Shown: positions 1 to 13,805 of the stretch, piece after piece | Layout: every line of letters begins with the position of its first letter | How positions within the stretch are numbered: position 1 is the stretch's first letter | Origin: Octopus vulgaris | Lineage: Eukaryota | DNA: 64,000 bases | NCBI GenBank assembly: GCA_951406725.2 | Contig: OX597817.1 | Span: 88,040,001-88,104,000 of the forward strand | Reading direction: 5' to 3' | Notes under the pieces: model-generated | The model's input: only the letters and a program-made list of their open reading frames with translations | What the model was told of the DNA's origin: nothing | Database searches by the model: none | Program-made: the position numbers and the translations under genes

Positions 1-590
1 GAATGACCCAATACTAAGAGAAAATTTTTGATATATCAAAAGTTGGATAATGGTTTTTGTAAAGAATAACATGAATTTCAGTTGCTTCAAATTCTTTTGG
101 AAAGGAAACCTTCACAAATGAAAACAGAGACATCAGGCTATTCTTTTATCTTTTATTTGTTTCATTCATTGGACTGCAGCCAAGCTGGGACACAACCTTG
201 AAAGGTTTAGTTGCACAAATTGACTCCACTGTCTTATTGTTCTTAAGCTTGATACTTTTTTCTATTGGTAACTTTTGCCAAACTGCTAAGTTAGAGCAAT
301 ATAAACAAACCAACACCAGTTGTTGAGTGTAGGTGGTGGACAAACAAAAATACACACACACATGTGGGGGAGAAGTGTTTTTGTGTGTGTGTGTAACAGA
401 CGTCTTTTAGTTTCCATCTATCAAATCCACTCATGAGGCTTTGATCTGCCTAGGGCTGTAGTAGAAGACACTTGCCCAACATGGCATACAGTGGGACTGA
501 ACCAAAGACCACATGGTAAGGAAACAAACTTCTTAACTACATAACCATGCCTGAAGCTTCTGTTAGAAAAATATATATAATCTAATCTTA

Positions 591-752
591 GGCGCTGATG
601 TGGTTGTGTAGTAAGAGACTTGCTTCACCACCACATTGCTCTTGGTTCAGTCCCACTGTGTGGAATCTTAGGCAAGTGTCTTCTACTATAGCCTCGGGAC
701 AACCAAAGCCTTGTGAGTGGATTTGGTAGGCAAAAACTGAAAGAAGCCTGTC

Positions 753-796
<44 letters not shown>

Positions 797-1030
797 TTAT
801 GTGTGTGAGTCATTATGTCTGTGTTTATCCCCACCACCACTTGACAACCATTGTTAGTGTTTCTATGTCCCCATAACTTAGTGGTTCAGCAAAAGTGACC
901 GACAGAATAAGTATTTGGTTTAAAAAAAATAAGAACTGGGTCAATCCATTCAACTAAAAAATCTTCAAGGCAGTGCCCCAGTAAGGCCACAGTCTAATTA
1001 CTGAAACAAAAGATAAAAGATAAACAATGA
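591..1030 (+). mobile_element. Dominant tRNA-derived SINE (representative; others near 145-552, 7182, 13087, 20020, 23440-24117, 29703, 35803, 44893, 54738, 55560, 63870)
   Basis: Head with A-box-like TGGTTGTGTAGTAAG and B-box-like GGTTCAGTCCC, conserved body GCAAGTGTCTTCTACTATAGCC, then (TA)n/(TG)n and a 3' module. Confidence 0.85.
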
Positions 1031-1251
1031 GAGAAGTCACTACTTTTGCCTTTCTAGCAAAATTAATGTTTGGTAATGGATTAAACCAGTTGTCTTTTAA
1101 GGTTTTAGAGCACCAACAAAATTTCATGCAATGTTTTCTCAAGACATATAAAGAAAAATCTTCACATATTACATTTCATTATATCGTAGACATAGATCAA
1201 TGAAAGAGATCAGAAACGAACAGAAATGAATTCCATTCTCAATAAACTCAC

Positions 1252-1392
1252 CCCTCCTATATTTCCTCGGACATCTCGTAGTTTATGAATCAAAAATGAA
1301 ATGGTGACTGGATGGACTTGGGCAATGGCAGACAACAGCTCACGGCCAACTTTAGAACAGAAATCTTTAGTATGATCATATAGGTACGCAAT
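1252..1392 (-). CDS. EPG5: EPG5 coding exon 14 (gene continues beyond the window start)
   Basis: IAYL...[22 protein letters not shown] vs human VSYV...[30 protein letters not shown], 141 nt. Confidence 0.96.
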
Positions 1393-1759
1393 CTGAAAAG
1401 AGAGAATATTTCTTAATATTGCATGTGTGTGTGTGTGTATTTGTATGTATATAAGCATAAACATATATATGTCTATGTATATATATATGTATATATTTGT
1501 GTGTGTTTGTATATATGCATAAATGCTGAAAAGTTCCTAGCTTTAAGGGTATCATGAAAAGCATGGTTGAAGGCCCAACCTTTTGAGGGCTTAGAAAAAC
1601 TGCAGGAGGGCTGCAATAAATGTGTGAATCTGAGAAGGGAATTTGTTGAATAAAATCATAACTAACCAATCCTCCAGTATTTTCTTTTATCCAATGCCAG
1701 GAGCATTTCAGCACCCCCTTGTATATATATTTCCCAGTGTATTATATGCATACCTATGG

Positions 1760-1790
<31 letters not shown>

Positions 1791-1939
1791 ATAAACCTTT
1801 ACATAAATAAATAACATGAAATACACGAAGGGACGAACAAAAAGACAAACGGGTCATTCAAAGCCTTCGTTCTTCAGTCAGAAACTGATTCCTCATCGCG
1901 GATACATATATATATATATACCATATCTCTTACTCAGTT

Positions 1940-2760
1940 TTCAGAGCTGGCACTGTAAATGTAGGCACACTGAAAGGTAGGTCTAGCAAGATTGTAGAGA
2001 TGCTTGAAAGGAGACGTGCTGATGTATGTTGCGTACAAAAGGTAAGGTGGAGAGGAGCTTCAGCCAGAGTCCTCGCAGGCAAAGCACATAGGTATAAACT
2101 CTTCTGGAAAGGTAATAGTGATGGAATAGGGGGTGTGGGCATACTTATACTTCTTGCAGAGAAATGGGTGGATAAGGTCATAGAGGTACTGAGGTTGTGC
2201 GATAGAGTATTTAAACTCAGGCTAGTCTTGCAGAATGGTATAGCTACAATTATCTCTGCTCACGCCCCACAAGCGGGCCCACCAAATGAACAGAAGGATC
2301 ACTTTTATGATATTCTTCTGCAGGCTACCTCAAAGACGAGTGACAATGATCTCATCTTCGTAGCAGGAGACTTTAATGGGTATGTCAGACAGCAATCTGA
2401 TATCTTCCATGGGGGCCATGGGGTTGGTACAAGAAATGAAGAAGGAACTAGGATCCTGGAATTCTGTGATGCAAATAACCTATTGATCTGCAACATCAAC
2501 TTCAGAAAGCCGGCTAGCTACCTGATAACCTATCAATCAGGTGATTCTGCTAGCCAGATCAATTTCATTCTCACCAGACAGCAGGATGCATGGTTGCTCT
2601 TAAATACAAAGACAATCCCTAGTAAAGAATATACCCCACAATATAGACTAGTAATTGGTGACTTTAGACTTGAGACCAGAAGGATGCCAAAAAGCAGACC
2701 AATCTGGAAAAGAAGGACTTTGAAGCTTAGGAACCCTTCACATGGTCAGAGATTTAAGGA
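1940..2760 (+). mobile_element. RTE-clade LINE 5' fragment (APE endonuclease domain), truncated
   Basis: GTVNVGTL, CCVQ(K)VRW, GGVGI, SAHAPQ, AGDFN, NEEG..ILEFC motifs. No RT domain follows. Confidence 0.9.
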
Positions 2761-2906
2761 TATCAATCCTGTTTTCCTTTAGGGATATCAATCCTGTTTT
2801 CCTTTAGGGATATCAATCCTGTTTTCCTTTAGGGATATCAATCCTGTTTTCCTTTAGGGATATTCAATCCTGTTTTCCTTTAGGGATATTCAATCCTGTT
2901 TTCCTT
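2758..2906. repeat. 25-bp tandem repeat, about 6 copies (GGATATCAATCCTGTTTTCCTTTAG)
   Basis: Four exact units plus two with one extra T, read directly. Confidence 0.95.
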
Positions 2907-3420
2907 CAGTTTCCAAACCTTGTTAGATAAGGATGTACAATTGGCTTTACGTTTGAGTCTAAAAGATGAAAAATGGTTATTGATAGGTTTTTTTCATATT
3001 TACTGAACATCCTATATATATAAAGTTTCCAGCCTCACTTATGATTGTACATTTATAAATTACATTTTGGATTAGACAGTGGCCCAATAACGGACAGTGG
3101 GATTTAACTCTATAATTGCAACCAAGAGCATTACTACTATTAACATTATTGATATTCCTATCATTATTATTATTATTATTATTATTATCACTATTATTAT
3201 TATTCCTACTACTACTACTACCATATATATATACATATATATACATTTATACACACACATATATATTTGTGTGTATGTGTGTGTTCATTCGCAGCTAATA
3301 ATTAACTACATCATAATTTAAAATTTCTCATGCATATTTTGCCTAAACCAATACATGAACACAGGAAACTCAGAGCAGCGATAAAGGGAATCAACATCAA
3401 TAAATAAACTCAATTTCTCC
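2885..3420 (-). mobile_element. Penelope-like element remnant (GIY-YIG endonuclease)
   Basis: CNYRVKSHCPLLGHCLIQNVIYKC...IYIG followed by LVWKLKEN, the typical PLE zinc-knuckle plus GIY-YIG pattern. Confidence 0.8.
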
Positions 3421-3560
3421 TATTGAGTATTTTCCCTCTCCTTGTATGCACACACACAAACACATAACATTACAACATAAATGCTGAAGAAGTATAAGAA
3501 AACCAGTTTGTATACATTCACAATCATAATATAAGAAATTTTATGTAGTCTGAAACCTAC

Positions 3561-3712
3561 CTCAAATACTTCCACAGTAATTGTTTGTATAAACTCTGTT
3601 TCACTTTCATGACGACACTGAACCATATTAGAGAATGCAGTGAGGAGATAGATGGCTTCAGAAATTGGCATTTTTTGTAAGCTGTCAGCTAGTTGAGCTT
3701 TTCTTAATGGAT
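3561..3712 (-). CDS. EPG5: EPG5 coding exon 13
   Basis: DPLRK...SEAIYLLTAFSNMVQCR...FIQTITVEVFE vs human DPEH...SEEICLLTTFAQMAQAR...FIKIIVLEIYE. TAG/GTAGGT, 152 nt. Confidence 0.95.
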
Positions 3713-5648
3713 CTAAAGTGAAAAATATATATACATATATTGCATAAATTACTACAAAGCCTGAAATATTTTACAATAAGGTTTTATGAAATTAATTATA
3801 TAAAGAAAATTATACTAATTATACCTCCTTAGTACTGGTATGAATGGTGGATGTGAACTATTTTGGCAAATGAACTTAGTGAATCACTGACTATTATCAC
3901 TAGATGTGGGCAGATGAACAGACGACAAACCATTAATGGCCAGGAACAACCAGTTCAGTTAACAAACTATAGCTATCATCTGCAGACATGGTGTGCACAG
4001 ATGAGATATTTCAGCAAATGAAAGACCATTGTGACTAATACCCAGGCCAGACATTAATACTTCATTACTCAATCAGAACATCTGGTGTGGAAGAGTTACA
4101 ATGGTCCAAGAAAGTCACCCAACCAGGATGGATAGCTGGATGGAATGCTGGGGACATGACAGAATGCACCAAGTACATGTTGTAAAATGGTTGCTGGTAG
4201 GAAAAGCATTCCACTACAGAAAACATACCTCAAATGAAATATACAAATGAATGGTGGACTTATAAAACTACATCACAGACTACCGCCCATCTAGGAAGGC
4301 AATAACTCCAAAAGGAAAAGAACTGATAGATGAGAGAGGAGAATCTTTGGTTCTGTTTCAGACAACCCCATGTAATGTTGGTGGCATAATATAATGTTCC
4401 CAGTCCACACTGTAAGACATTCACAACAACAAAGTTGTCCAGTTTTCTGTGTTGATGTGTGTGCTTGATGACAGAGTACAATAGGTGAGGAGATACTGTG
4501 AGATCTATGCAACCTCTGGGGAGAGAAGGAGGAAGAGTTTGGAGAGTTGAATCTGTAATACAGCTTTAATTTCCATCTGATATTTCACTGCACTTTTCAC
4601 TAAGACACTTTTGAAAAAACATGAACGTCACAACTTCAATTTAATGTTCACACCCAGTCAAAAGAAACTATTAATTACATTGTGTAACAAAGCTTTTACC
4701 TATTTATTTTTTGTCTTTGGTTAGTAAGTGTTAGTTCCTATTTGCTTTTATCTAGAAATCAAAGTAAATGATTAGTATTCCCCTCAAACTTTGCTTTTGT
4801 GACTGGGACATCAATGTTTTGAAACTGACCTATTTTCCATCACATTTCAGACAAATTCAACACTAAGCTGCTGAAGCAGAAATATTGTTATAGCAAATAT
4901 TCTGCTCAATACCACGAATTTGTTCGTCAGTTGCTTGACAGTAAGCACCTGAGTATGTCCCTTAGTGGCTGACAATGTGCATCTCTGAACATGAGCAAAT
5001 GCAATGGGGGAACATCATAACCATGTGTTGAGAGAGATTCTTTGGGGTTCAAATAACTGTAACACAGGGAAGTTTGAAGGAAATATTAGCCATTTTTCAT
5101 ACTTTCTAGGGATAAACAAATAGGAAATAACAGTTGCTACCCAAAGTTATACAATAATTACTGAAATAAAACTATATAAGATATTATTTGGTATACTTAT
5201 CTAAGAGTTCAATGTTCATAATGTATTTAGTCCTACTGTAAAATAATACCAATGGGGTTGTGTCTCCAAATAAATTTAGTGAGCCACATACTAAGAAACA
5301 CAGCTCTTGATCCTTTTTTAGCCTCTCACATAATTTTAGGAAATTAGTGTAGACTTAATACTAGTAAACACCAGGTTGTACAGTGGCAGCCATAAATGAG
5401 TCAAATTTTAAAATATATAAAATACTATAGTAAACTTAACCCATCATGTGTTATTGAGAAAGAGGGAGACAAAGTGGGAAGGTGATAGGGTGGGTTGTGT
5501 AAGGAGGAGGTCATGGGCTATCCTACTTAATGAGGGTAAGGACACAAGGTATGAGGGAAAGGAGATAGGAAGAGAGCAATAGACTAGGGTAACATAGACA
5601 CATACATATAGAGAGACAAAGACAGACAGACAGTGAGTGAAAAAGGAG

Positions 5649-5720
<72 letters not shown>

Positions 5721-5957
5721 GAGAGAGAGATAAAGCAGTAATTGCATTGACAGCCAAAACTCTATGTTATGCTCACAGATAGAAGATAAAGTTAATGAAA
5801 TGGTAGACAGACACAATCCTTATTATTATAATAGATTAAATATGCTTTTACATACAGAACAAAATCAATGTTTTAATATAATATTTAAAACAACTGATCA
5901 TATAAATTTTCTTTCAAAATAAATAAAAATTATGTAAGAAAATCATAAGATTGAAAC

Positions 5958-6112
5958 CTTTTAATTCTGCTTTACACTGTTCAACGGAAGGTAAGTTATC
6001 AGGAAGTACAGATTGATTCTGTCCCATGTGCAACATCCACATGAGTTTCCATGTAGTTTCAAGGGAAACACTGGCATAAGGCATATCTGTCATATATTGC
6101 CAAGACCCCATC
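5958..6112 (-). CDS. EPG5: EPG5 coding exon 12
   Basis: MGSWQYMTDMPY...TWKLMWMLH...EQCKAELK vs human LGIWLFMSEMPF...LWKLFYLMH...AQCKQQLQ. The donor is a weak GTTTCA, but phase 1 fits exon 13. Confidence 0.9.
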
Positions 6113-7948
6113 CTGAAAGATAAAACAAAATATATCAGGCAATTTAATAAAAATCAAAATAAAAATAATAGTTTGATTCAAAAAGTACAACAATTACAAA
6201 ACAATATCAATTGAAACTTAACTTTTCTGCTAAGGTCATGTATACCAAATAATGATTAAAGTGAATTCTTTTTATAAAGCAAAAGACCAACTTTTGAAAC
6301 ATTCCCATACTATGTTCAAGGAATAAGTGATCTACAAAGTCTCAAACATATGAAGAGATAAAAGAACTCAATTATAACAAAAATTTTTAACAAGGTCAGA
6401 AACTTTGAAAAGAGTTATAACATTGCTAAAGAATCTAATATGCTCTATATAAGGAGAACTGATGTATAAACATCAAAAAAATATCCACAGTAATTAAGAA
6501 CTCAATTAATTACTCAAATATGTTATAACATTGAAGGATATGCAGGTAGAAAAAAATATGCATGTATCTATAAAATTGGGTTAAAATGATCTTTTAGAGC
6601 AGCATATTTAGAAGACAAAGCAGAAAAGCATAAATTTCACAAATAGTTCATAATTTATGCTCAACAGTTGTTTCATTAGCAATAAACATCACTGACTGCA
6701 TGATTAAAGAATTAAGATACATAATTAATTTTAAATAATGTATATTAATTTAAAGTTATGTTTATCCCAAATCGTTATGAGTTATGCTAATCAAAAACCA
6801 TTAATACTAAAATAATCTAAAAGTCTTAGTGTGTGCCACCAACAAATACTGACAAGTCCATACTTGTTTCAAACTTTGGCATAAGACCAGCACTTTGGGG
6901 GCAAGGGAGTAAGTCAATTGCATTGACCCTAGTACTCAACTGGTACTTATTTTATCAACACTGAAAAGTTGATAGGCATAGTGGACCTCAGTGGAATTTA
7001 AACCCAGAACACAAAGACAGATGAAATTCCACTAAGCATTTTGCTCCGCATGCTAACAGTTCTGCCAACTCACCACCATAACTGACAAGTCAATATTGCA
7101 GTGTTATTTATTGCAGGAATCTACAAACATTTGCTGCTTCTAACCTATCCAATGATTTGTAACAATTAAAAATATAAAAACGTATGGCTATGTGGTTAAG
7201 AAGCTTGTTTTATTACCATGTAGCTTCAGGTTTAGTCCCATTGCATGGCACCTTAGGCACCTTCTATTACAGCCCCAAGCCAACTAATGCTTTGTGAGTG
7301 AATTTGGTAGATGGAAACTGTAGAATCCCTCGTGTGTGTGTGTGTGTTGTGTATGAATATATTATATGTTTCTTCCTACCACTGCTTGACAACTAGTGTT
7401 GGTTTGTTTATGTCCTGGTGACTTAACAGTTTATCAAGAGACTGATAAATAAGTACTGGGGTCAATTTTATTTCACTAAAACCTTCCAATGATTGAAACA
7501 AGTAAAAGATAAATTATGTCAGGATGTTACTTCATCTGTAATAACAACACATGGAAATGTCATTAAAGGAAATTTAATTTGATATAAATATGTATTTTTA
7601 CCCTAAACTAAAACAATTTAGAGAGGAGGGTCATAACAAAGAATTATCTAACAGAATTTGAAGCCTTTAGCACTCAGATTACTTTCTAAAATGTAATGCT
7701 TATTTATTCACATTATTTTGTATTAATCAGGCATTATCTTGTAGCTTAGAGATTCTGATGATGTGATTGTATATCTTTAGGTGTGCGAAGATGGATTTGG
7801 CCAGATAGAATATAAAACATGTAGAATACTTGGGTTGGTTATAGCTGGTTCAAATGCTAAAGGATTAAAGGAAAATAGCTTTATATGAGATTGATAAAAG
7901 AAGATGCTCCAGCCTTAGATATAATGGCAAACAAACCAAACAGCTTAC

Positions 7949-8092
7949 CTTTCAGCATTAAGAATACAATGGACAGCACGTAAAAATAGCTGGTCAAACT
8001 CAACTTGTAATCGTTCAAGCATCGCTGGTGGTAAACGTTGGTTGCATTGGCGGAAACTTAACCAGTGATCTGATGTGTATAACATTATTTGC
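7949..8092 (-). CDS. EPG5: EPG5 coding exon 11
   Basis: YTSDHW...LERLQVEFDQLFLRAVHCILNAE vs human YVSDHW...[32 protein letters not shown], 144 nt. Confidence 0.96.
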
Positions 8093-8779
8093 CTGTAAAA
8101 TATAATAAAATAAAGATACTGCAATGTTTAAAAACAAAATTAACAGCAGTTATAGTTATTTGCAGGTGAAATCATTACTTTAAAACAGAACACAAAAATT
8201 AAGCAAAAAAAACTTTAGTTTTTTTTTTTTAAATTAGTGTATTTACTCAGAGGATTCTTGGTCAACATTAGAGATGGCCCAAATGAGAATAGCTACCAAT
8301 AAAATATATCATATTTTAGGCCAATATGCAAATCCATATACCTGATTCTCTTGCTAAATAATTAATGGCACCATAATCTTTCCTAATATAGGTACAAGTT
8401 TTGAAATTTTGTAGGAGAGTGTTAGTCAATTACATCAACCCTAGTGTTTGACTAGTACCATTTTATTGATCCCAAATGAATGGAAAGCAAAGTTGACTTT
8501 GGCAGAATTTGAAGTCAACTTAGACAGAAAGGTACTATAAGGATCTAGAATTTTTTTTTTAAATTGTAAGCAGCTTTGCATAATTCTAACATAATAAGGG
8601 GAAAATTTGGAGCAGATGAAGAAATACCATTCAAATTACAAAAGTGATGATTCTTGTTAGATCTAGTCCATTAGAGAAGTCATTTATGACACTGCCAATA
8701 AAACAACAATCAGAAACAAGAAACTGTTTAGTGAAGGCAAGAATTACCAAAAAATATAAACTCAAAAGAAGAGACTTAC

Positions 8780-8936
8780 GTGATCATGCGTCCAATTCTT
8801 TTATTCAGCTGTCGGTATCGAGAAAGAGAAAATGTCTTCAAGCCACAACTAAGAATATCGATGAGGCATGTAAAGAATGCAAAGGTTTTCATCATTATTG
8901 ATTCAGAAGTCACATTCACATCATAATGCCATGAAC
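8780..8936 (-). CDS. EPG5: EPG5 coding exon 10
   Basis: MMKTFAF...GLKTFSLSRYRQLNKRIGRMI vs human MMKIFAF...[30 protein letters not shown], 157 nt. Confidence 0.96.
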
Positions 8937-11028
8937 CTGAAAGTGAAAAAAAAAAAATTTTTTTTTTTAATGGCAGCACCAAACTAAAAATTATTTGATT
9001 TGATTTGATTGTCAAGACCAGCTCTGAAGGATTTGATGAGAAAGATATTGGTATTAAAAGCATGAGGCTGCATTTAAAGGGTTATGATGGTATTGAGGTT
9101 TGTATTATCTGCAACAGAACATATTGAAAAAAAAACAGTATAACAGCAAAACTGATGTGGTAGAAATTGGGCAGATAAAAAAATATATTTTCATTTTCAT
9201 AATAAAACTCTTCATACCAAAAGAAATAAACTAATTCTACTGGTATCAGTGAGTGAGAAAATCATTTTTCAAAACTTAGAAGAGCACCAGATATTGAAAA
9301 ACATACAATGAAGAATTATGCATATTATAATTCTGGCTGTTTTATTAGAGCTGTTGGTAATCATCATCACCATTTAAAATCTGTTTTCCATGCTGGCATG
9401 AATTTGACAGTTTGATAGGATCCAATAAATTGAAAGATTGTATTCTTCATCATCATCGTCATTTAATATCTGCTTTCCATGCTGGTATGAGTTGGACGGT
9501 TTGACTGAGAACTGGCAAGCCAGGAGGCTGCAACAGGCTCCAATCAGATTTGCATGGTTTCTACAGCTAGATGCCCTTCCTAATGCCAACCACTCTGAGA
9601 GTGTAGTGGATGCGTTTTACGTGCCACTGGCATGGGAGCCAGTCAGGCAGCACTGGCATCAGCCACATTCAAATGGTGCTTTTTACATTCCACTGGCACA
9701 GGTGCCAGTCAGGCACCACAGGTATTAGCCAAGCTCGAATGGTGCATTTTACATGCCACCAGCACAGGTGCCATTAAGGTGGCACTGGCATTGGCCACAC
9801 TCGAATGGTGCTTTTTACATGCCAGTCAGATGGCACTGGCATCAGCCATGCTCAAATGGTGCATTTTATGTGTCACCGGCACATGCTCTAATATCTGTTT
9901 TGACGTAGCTTTTGTGACTGAATGTCATTCTTAATGCTAACCACTTTACAGTGTACAGAGTAAATACAAAGTGCTTTCTTTTTGTACGTAAAAAACGCGA
10001 GGTCCCCTCACGACTTGTAGAACTAAATGTCCTACAGTGGCTCCCATAAATGAAGAGTAGAGGAAAAAGAGAGTGGGGTTTTTTTTCTGTTTGGCTGCCA
10101 CTTTTCAGTTTCCTCAATTTTTGTTCCAACTGATTTCATATTTAGTGTATTGGTGCAGTTTTGTAAAGTAATCAATGACATGAAATTCATTTTTGCCATA
10201 AATCAATAAATAAAGAGTTAATAGCTTTTAAAGTTTGCAAATTTTGGGTAATTTTAGGCAATCAAAAGGCACAGGCATATAGGTGCCTGTTTCCACAGAA
10301 ATAAGCCAAACTGTTACCAAGCTGCTTACTCACACTGTCATTTTTCACTTATTAAATGGTGGTCATGAGACTTGCTAAAAATAATAACTAAACAGGCCTT
10401 AAATCACACACCAAAATTTTTTTGTTTTTTGTTTTTACATAATCGTATGAATTCTTATGTGTAGAATACAAATTCACAAAAATTTTCTGAAAATTCCAAA
10501 AAATAAAAAAGTTACATGAGTTTATATGAAGTGTGTAAAGCAGAATTCCACCAATATTTCATTTGTTTACAGTTGACAATGTGCTGTCATGCACAAAATG
10601 AGAGTGTCCAAATCCTGTTTTAAATTATCGAACTTTAAACCACTGTAACTTTTTCTTAAAAGTTTTCTGAGAAAAGTGAATTAGTCCCTGAGACTCAGCA
10701 TGGAAAATTACATCAATACACCAAATTTTTTAATTTTCGCTAAACTTTAAAACTTCCACAGGTGCAGCCTAACAGAAAAGATCCAGAGAATGTAATGATT
10801 TTAGGCAAGATAATGGAAAGAGTGAAATATGAAAGAAACAGATTTATAGCTGTTTGAGGATAGTAACAAAGAGAGTAACAGAAGAAACACAATTTGACTA
10901 GAGAGTATGGAAGGAAAAGAATAAAGTATTGGGATTTAGTGAGAAAGGGTAGGAAAGATGGTAAGGATGATGATGAGGTGGGTTGTGTAGAGGGTGGGGC
11001 AAACATTGAAAAGAATAGATACACTCAC

Positions 11029-11149
11029 CATCTTGGTTTAGAGTCATCATAAGAACATGTTGAAACAATTCATTGAGTGCCACTTGTCCTAACATATTAA
11101 CAACATCATTTTCCCGTAGGTATTGCCAAGCATTTTTAGGGTCTTCATT
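11029..11149 (-). CDS. EPG5: EPG5 coding exon 9 (second LIR-like motif WQYL)
   Basis: NEDPKNAWQYLRENDVVNMLGQVALNELFQHVL vs human [42 protein letters not shown], 121 nt. Confidence 0.95.
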
Positions 11150-13705
11150 CTGAAAGAAAAATTATTAATAAAAATGGTCATGATCATGATTTTGAATATA
11201 GTCACAAGAACAAATAGAATAAAAAAAGAGTTTATCAACATCTGAAGAACGACAATCAAATTTGATCATAAATACAAAGCATGGCATGAGATAACTAAAT
11301 AAAGGTATTACAATACTTCCTTCTACAGAAAGATGAAAAGGTAAAACTAACATTTTAACTTCCATAATAATAGAAGTGTCTGACTTCGATATTCCAATAC
11401 TTTGGAAGAATAAAAATCAACATCAACAGGGTTGTAACTTCAAATTGTATTGCAAGATAATTTGACCAATACACTCAACTGATTGTGCTACCTACTCTGA
11501 CCTTTCAATAAGAATAATTCTTTCTATTTATAGAAGGATGAAAGGCAAAGTCAGCTTTGGTGGCATTTGAACTCAGAATGTAAGATCAGAAGTAATGAAC
11601 TAGACATTTTGTCCAGCATGCTAATGATTCTGCCAGCTCACTGACGCAGTAGTAGCAGCAGCAGCAGCAATAATAATAATAATAATAATAATAATAATTT
11701 TGCTCCAATGCTACACAATTTAAAAGATGGATATAACAGACATTTAATTTACAGTGGTTCTGTTAGCAACCCTGAACGGTTGAAAAGCAAAAATCAACCA
11801 GCAACATTTCAACACAAAATGTAAAATTAATGAAAATAAATGCTGCATCTTAAGGCAGGAAATAGTTGGATTATACAAGGTCAAGTATATGACTGTTTTT
11901 TTTTTTTTAAGGCAGAATACAGTTGGTTATAGAGAGCCAAGTATATAAATGGTATTATTTTAGGGCAGGATGTACTTAATTATATATGATTATATATGGC
12001 CAAGTATATATTACTGGTATTACTTCAGGATAGAATATATTTTATCATATAGATTCAAGTACATGACTGGTATTATTTTATCAACCTCTGAAGGGATTAT
12101 AAGCAAATATCATCAGGATTTGAACTCAAAATATAAAGGAGTATAACAAAATACTTGCAAAGCATTTTGCTTGGCAATACCATTTCTTCCATCGGCAACC
12201 AAATAATGATGAGAAGGTAAGAGGAATGATTAAAAATTGATTAAAGGAGCAGCAGTAGAAGGAGCTCATCAAAATACAGATGATGATAGATTAAAATTTT
12301 AGCATGAATTATATTAAACAGAAAGTCTTACAAGAAATGTTATTTTTTTTTTTTCTTAATAAACTTCTTCATATAATTTTAAGTGTTACCAAAAGGAGTA
12401 TGATCTTATAAGAAACCCAAACTTTAATCATACATTTTTTTATAACCTTTCCCTTTTTATATATAAAGAGAATGAAGTTACCTATTTCCAGTGCATCAAC
12501 AGAAATATGTTAGACTAACCATCTTATCTCAGTCCTTAACAGAATACTTGAATCAATAATCAACAGGCCAAAAATAAACTTTGTGACACATCTCATTATT
12601 GCAATGCTCATTTTTCTGTCTTGACATTTCTCTATTTGTACTCAAGTTGATTCCTCTATGCAACTCAACATTCTCATGTGTCATCTAACAATTTATATCT
12701 AAGTTTTCCTTAGGAGAACAAAGTTATTGTGAATAAATTTTAGCCTTAGCTTTAAATATTTACAAAGACAAATAGCATGTAGGGTTCACAGAACTACTTT
12801 CTTACAATAAAGATTTCATGAGAAAAACAAAACAAACTTTAAATGTATATCATCATCACTTTAATGTGCAATTTTCCATGCTTACATGGCTCAACAGTTT
12901 ACTGAGGCAGATTTTCTACAGCCAGATACCTTTCCTGCTGCTAACCCTCATCTGTTTCCAACCAAAGTAATACTTCTCCCTAGCCAGACATGTTCTCGCA
13001 GAATAATGGAAATGAATGCTTGTATGTCAGTGACAATCATTTACAACTATCACATAATGTCAAGACAAAGAGAAGACACTAACACATGATGAGCTTCTTT
13101 CAGTTTCTGTGTACAAAATCTACCCACAAGGCTTTGATTGGCCAAGAGCTACAGAAGACATTATGCCCAAGTATCACACAGTAGGACTGAACTTGGAACC
13201 AAATGGTTGGGAAGCAAACATCTTGCCACACAGCTGTTATATACCTGTTTTATACTAATAAATTTTCTTTACTTCACTTCACCTAAGGATAAGAATTTCT
13301 ACAAAGCAAAAAATCAATTTCATATTCTGCTGCATATCAAAAACAAGTCAGCTTGAGAAAGCACTTTTTGTTCCCAGCTATATCATCATCATCATCATCA
13401 TCATCATTTAATGTCCATTTTCCATGATAGCATGTGTTGGATGGTTTGATATCTGTTTTGGCACAGTTTCTACAGCTAGATACCATCCCTAGCACCAACC
13501 ACTTTACAAAGTGTACTAGGTGCTTTTATGCAGCACTGGCATGGGTGTTCTAGAATGTGAACTTGCAATATTATATGAATCCTGCACCTTTCAGCTAGCA
13601 TCAAATGAAACTTGCCCACCCACTACACATCTATTTTACATGTGTACACCCATGAATCAAGTCACAATAAAACATATTAAAGTAGAACTATTCTAAATGT
13701 ATTAC

Positions 13706-13805
13706 TTCTTCGCCATCAGAATCAACCATAATCCAGGCACCATCATTGCTTTCTGTTCTTTCTTTAAGGTTGGTATTTAAATGTTGTAAGAACTGTTCAC
13801 GACCC
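13706..13805 (-). CDS. EPG5: EPG5 coding exon 8 (first LIR-like motif WIMV)
   Basis: GREQFLQHL...DGAWIMVDSDGEE vs human NRAEFMCHM...GTWTLVDEGGEE. CAG/GTAATA, 100 nt. Confidence 0.95.

Noticed and set aside
1850-1885. Hammerhead on the minus strand (CTGAAGA...GAAT)
   Set aside because: It lacks GAAA, stem III and UH, so it is too degenerate to call.
2000-2782. 260-aa ORF as a host gene
   Set aside because: It is a truncated RTE endonuclease with altered catalytic motifs, ending in a tandem repeat.
2758-2906. CRISPR-like array
   Set aside because: The repeats are contiguous with no spacers, the context is a eukaryotic intron, and there are no cas genes.
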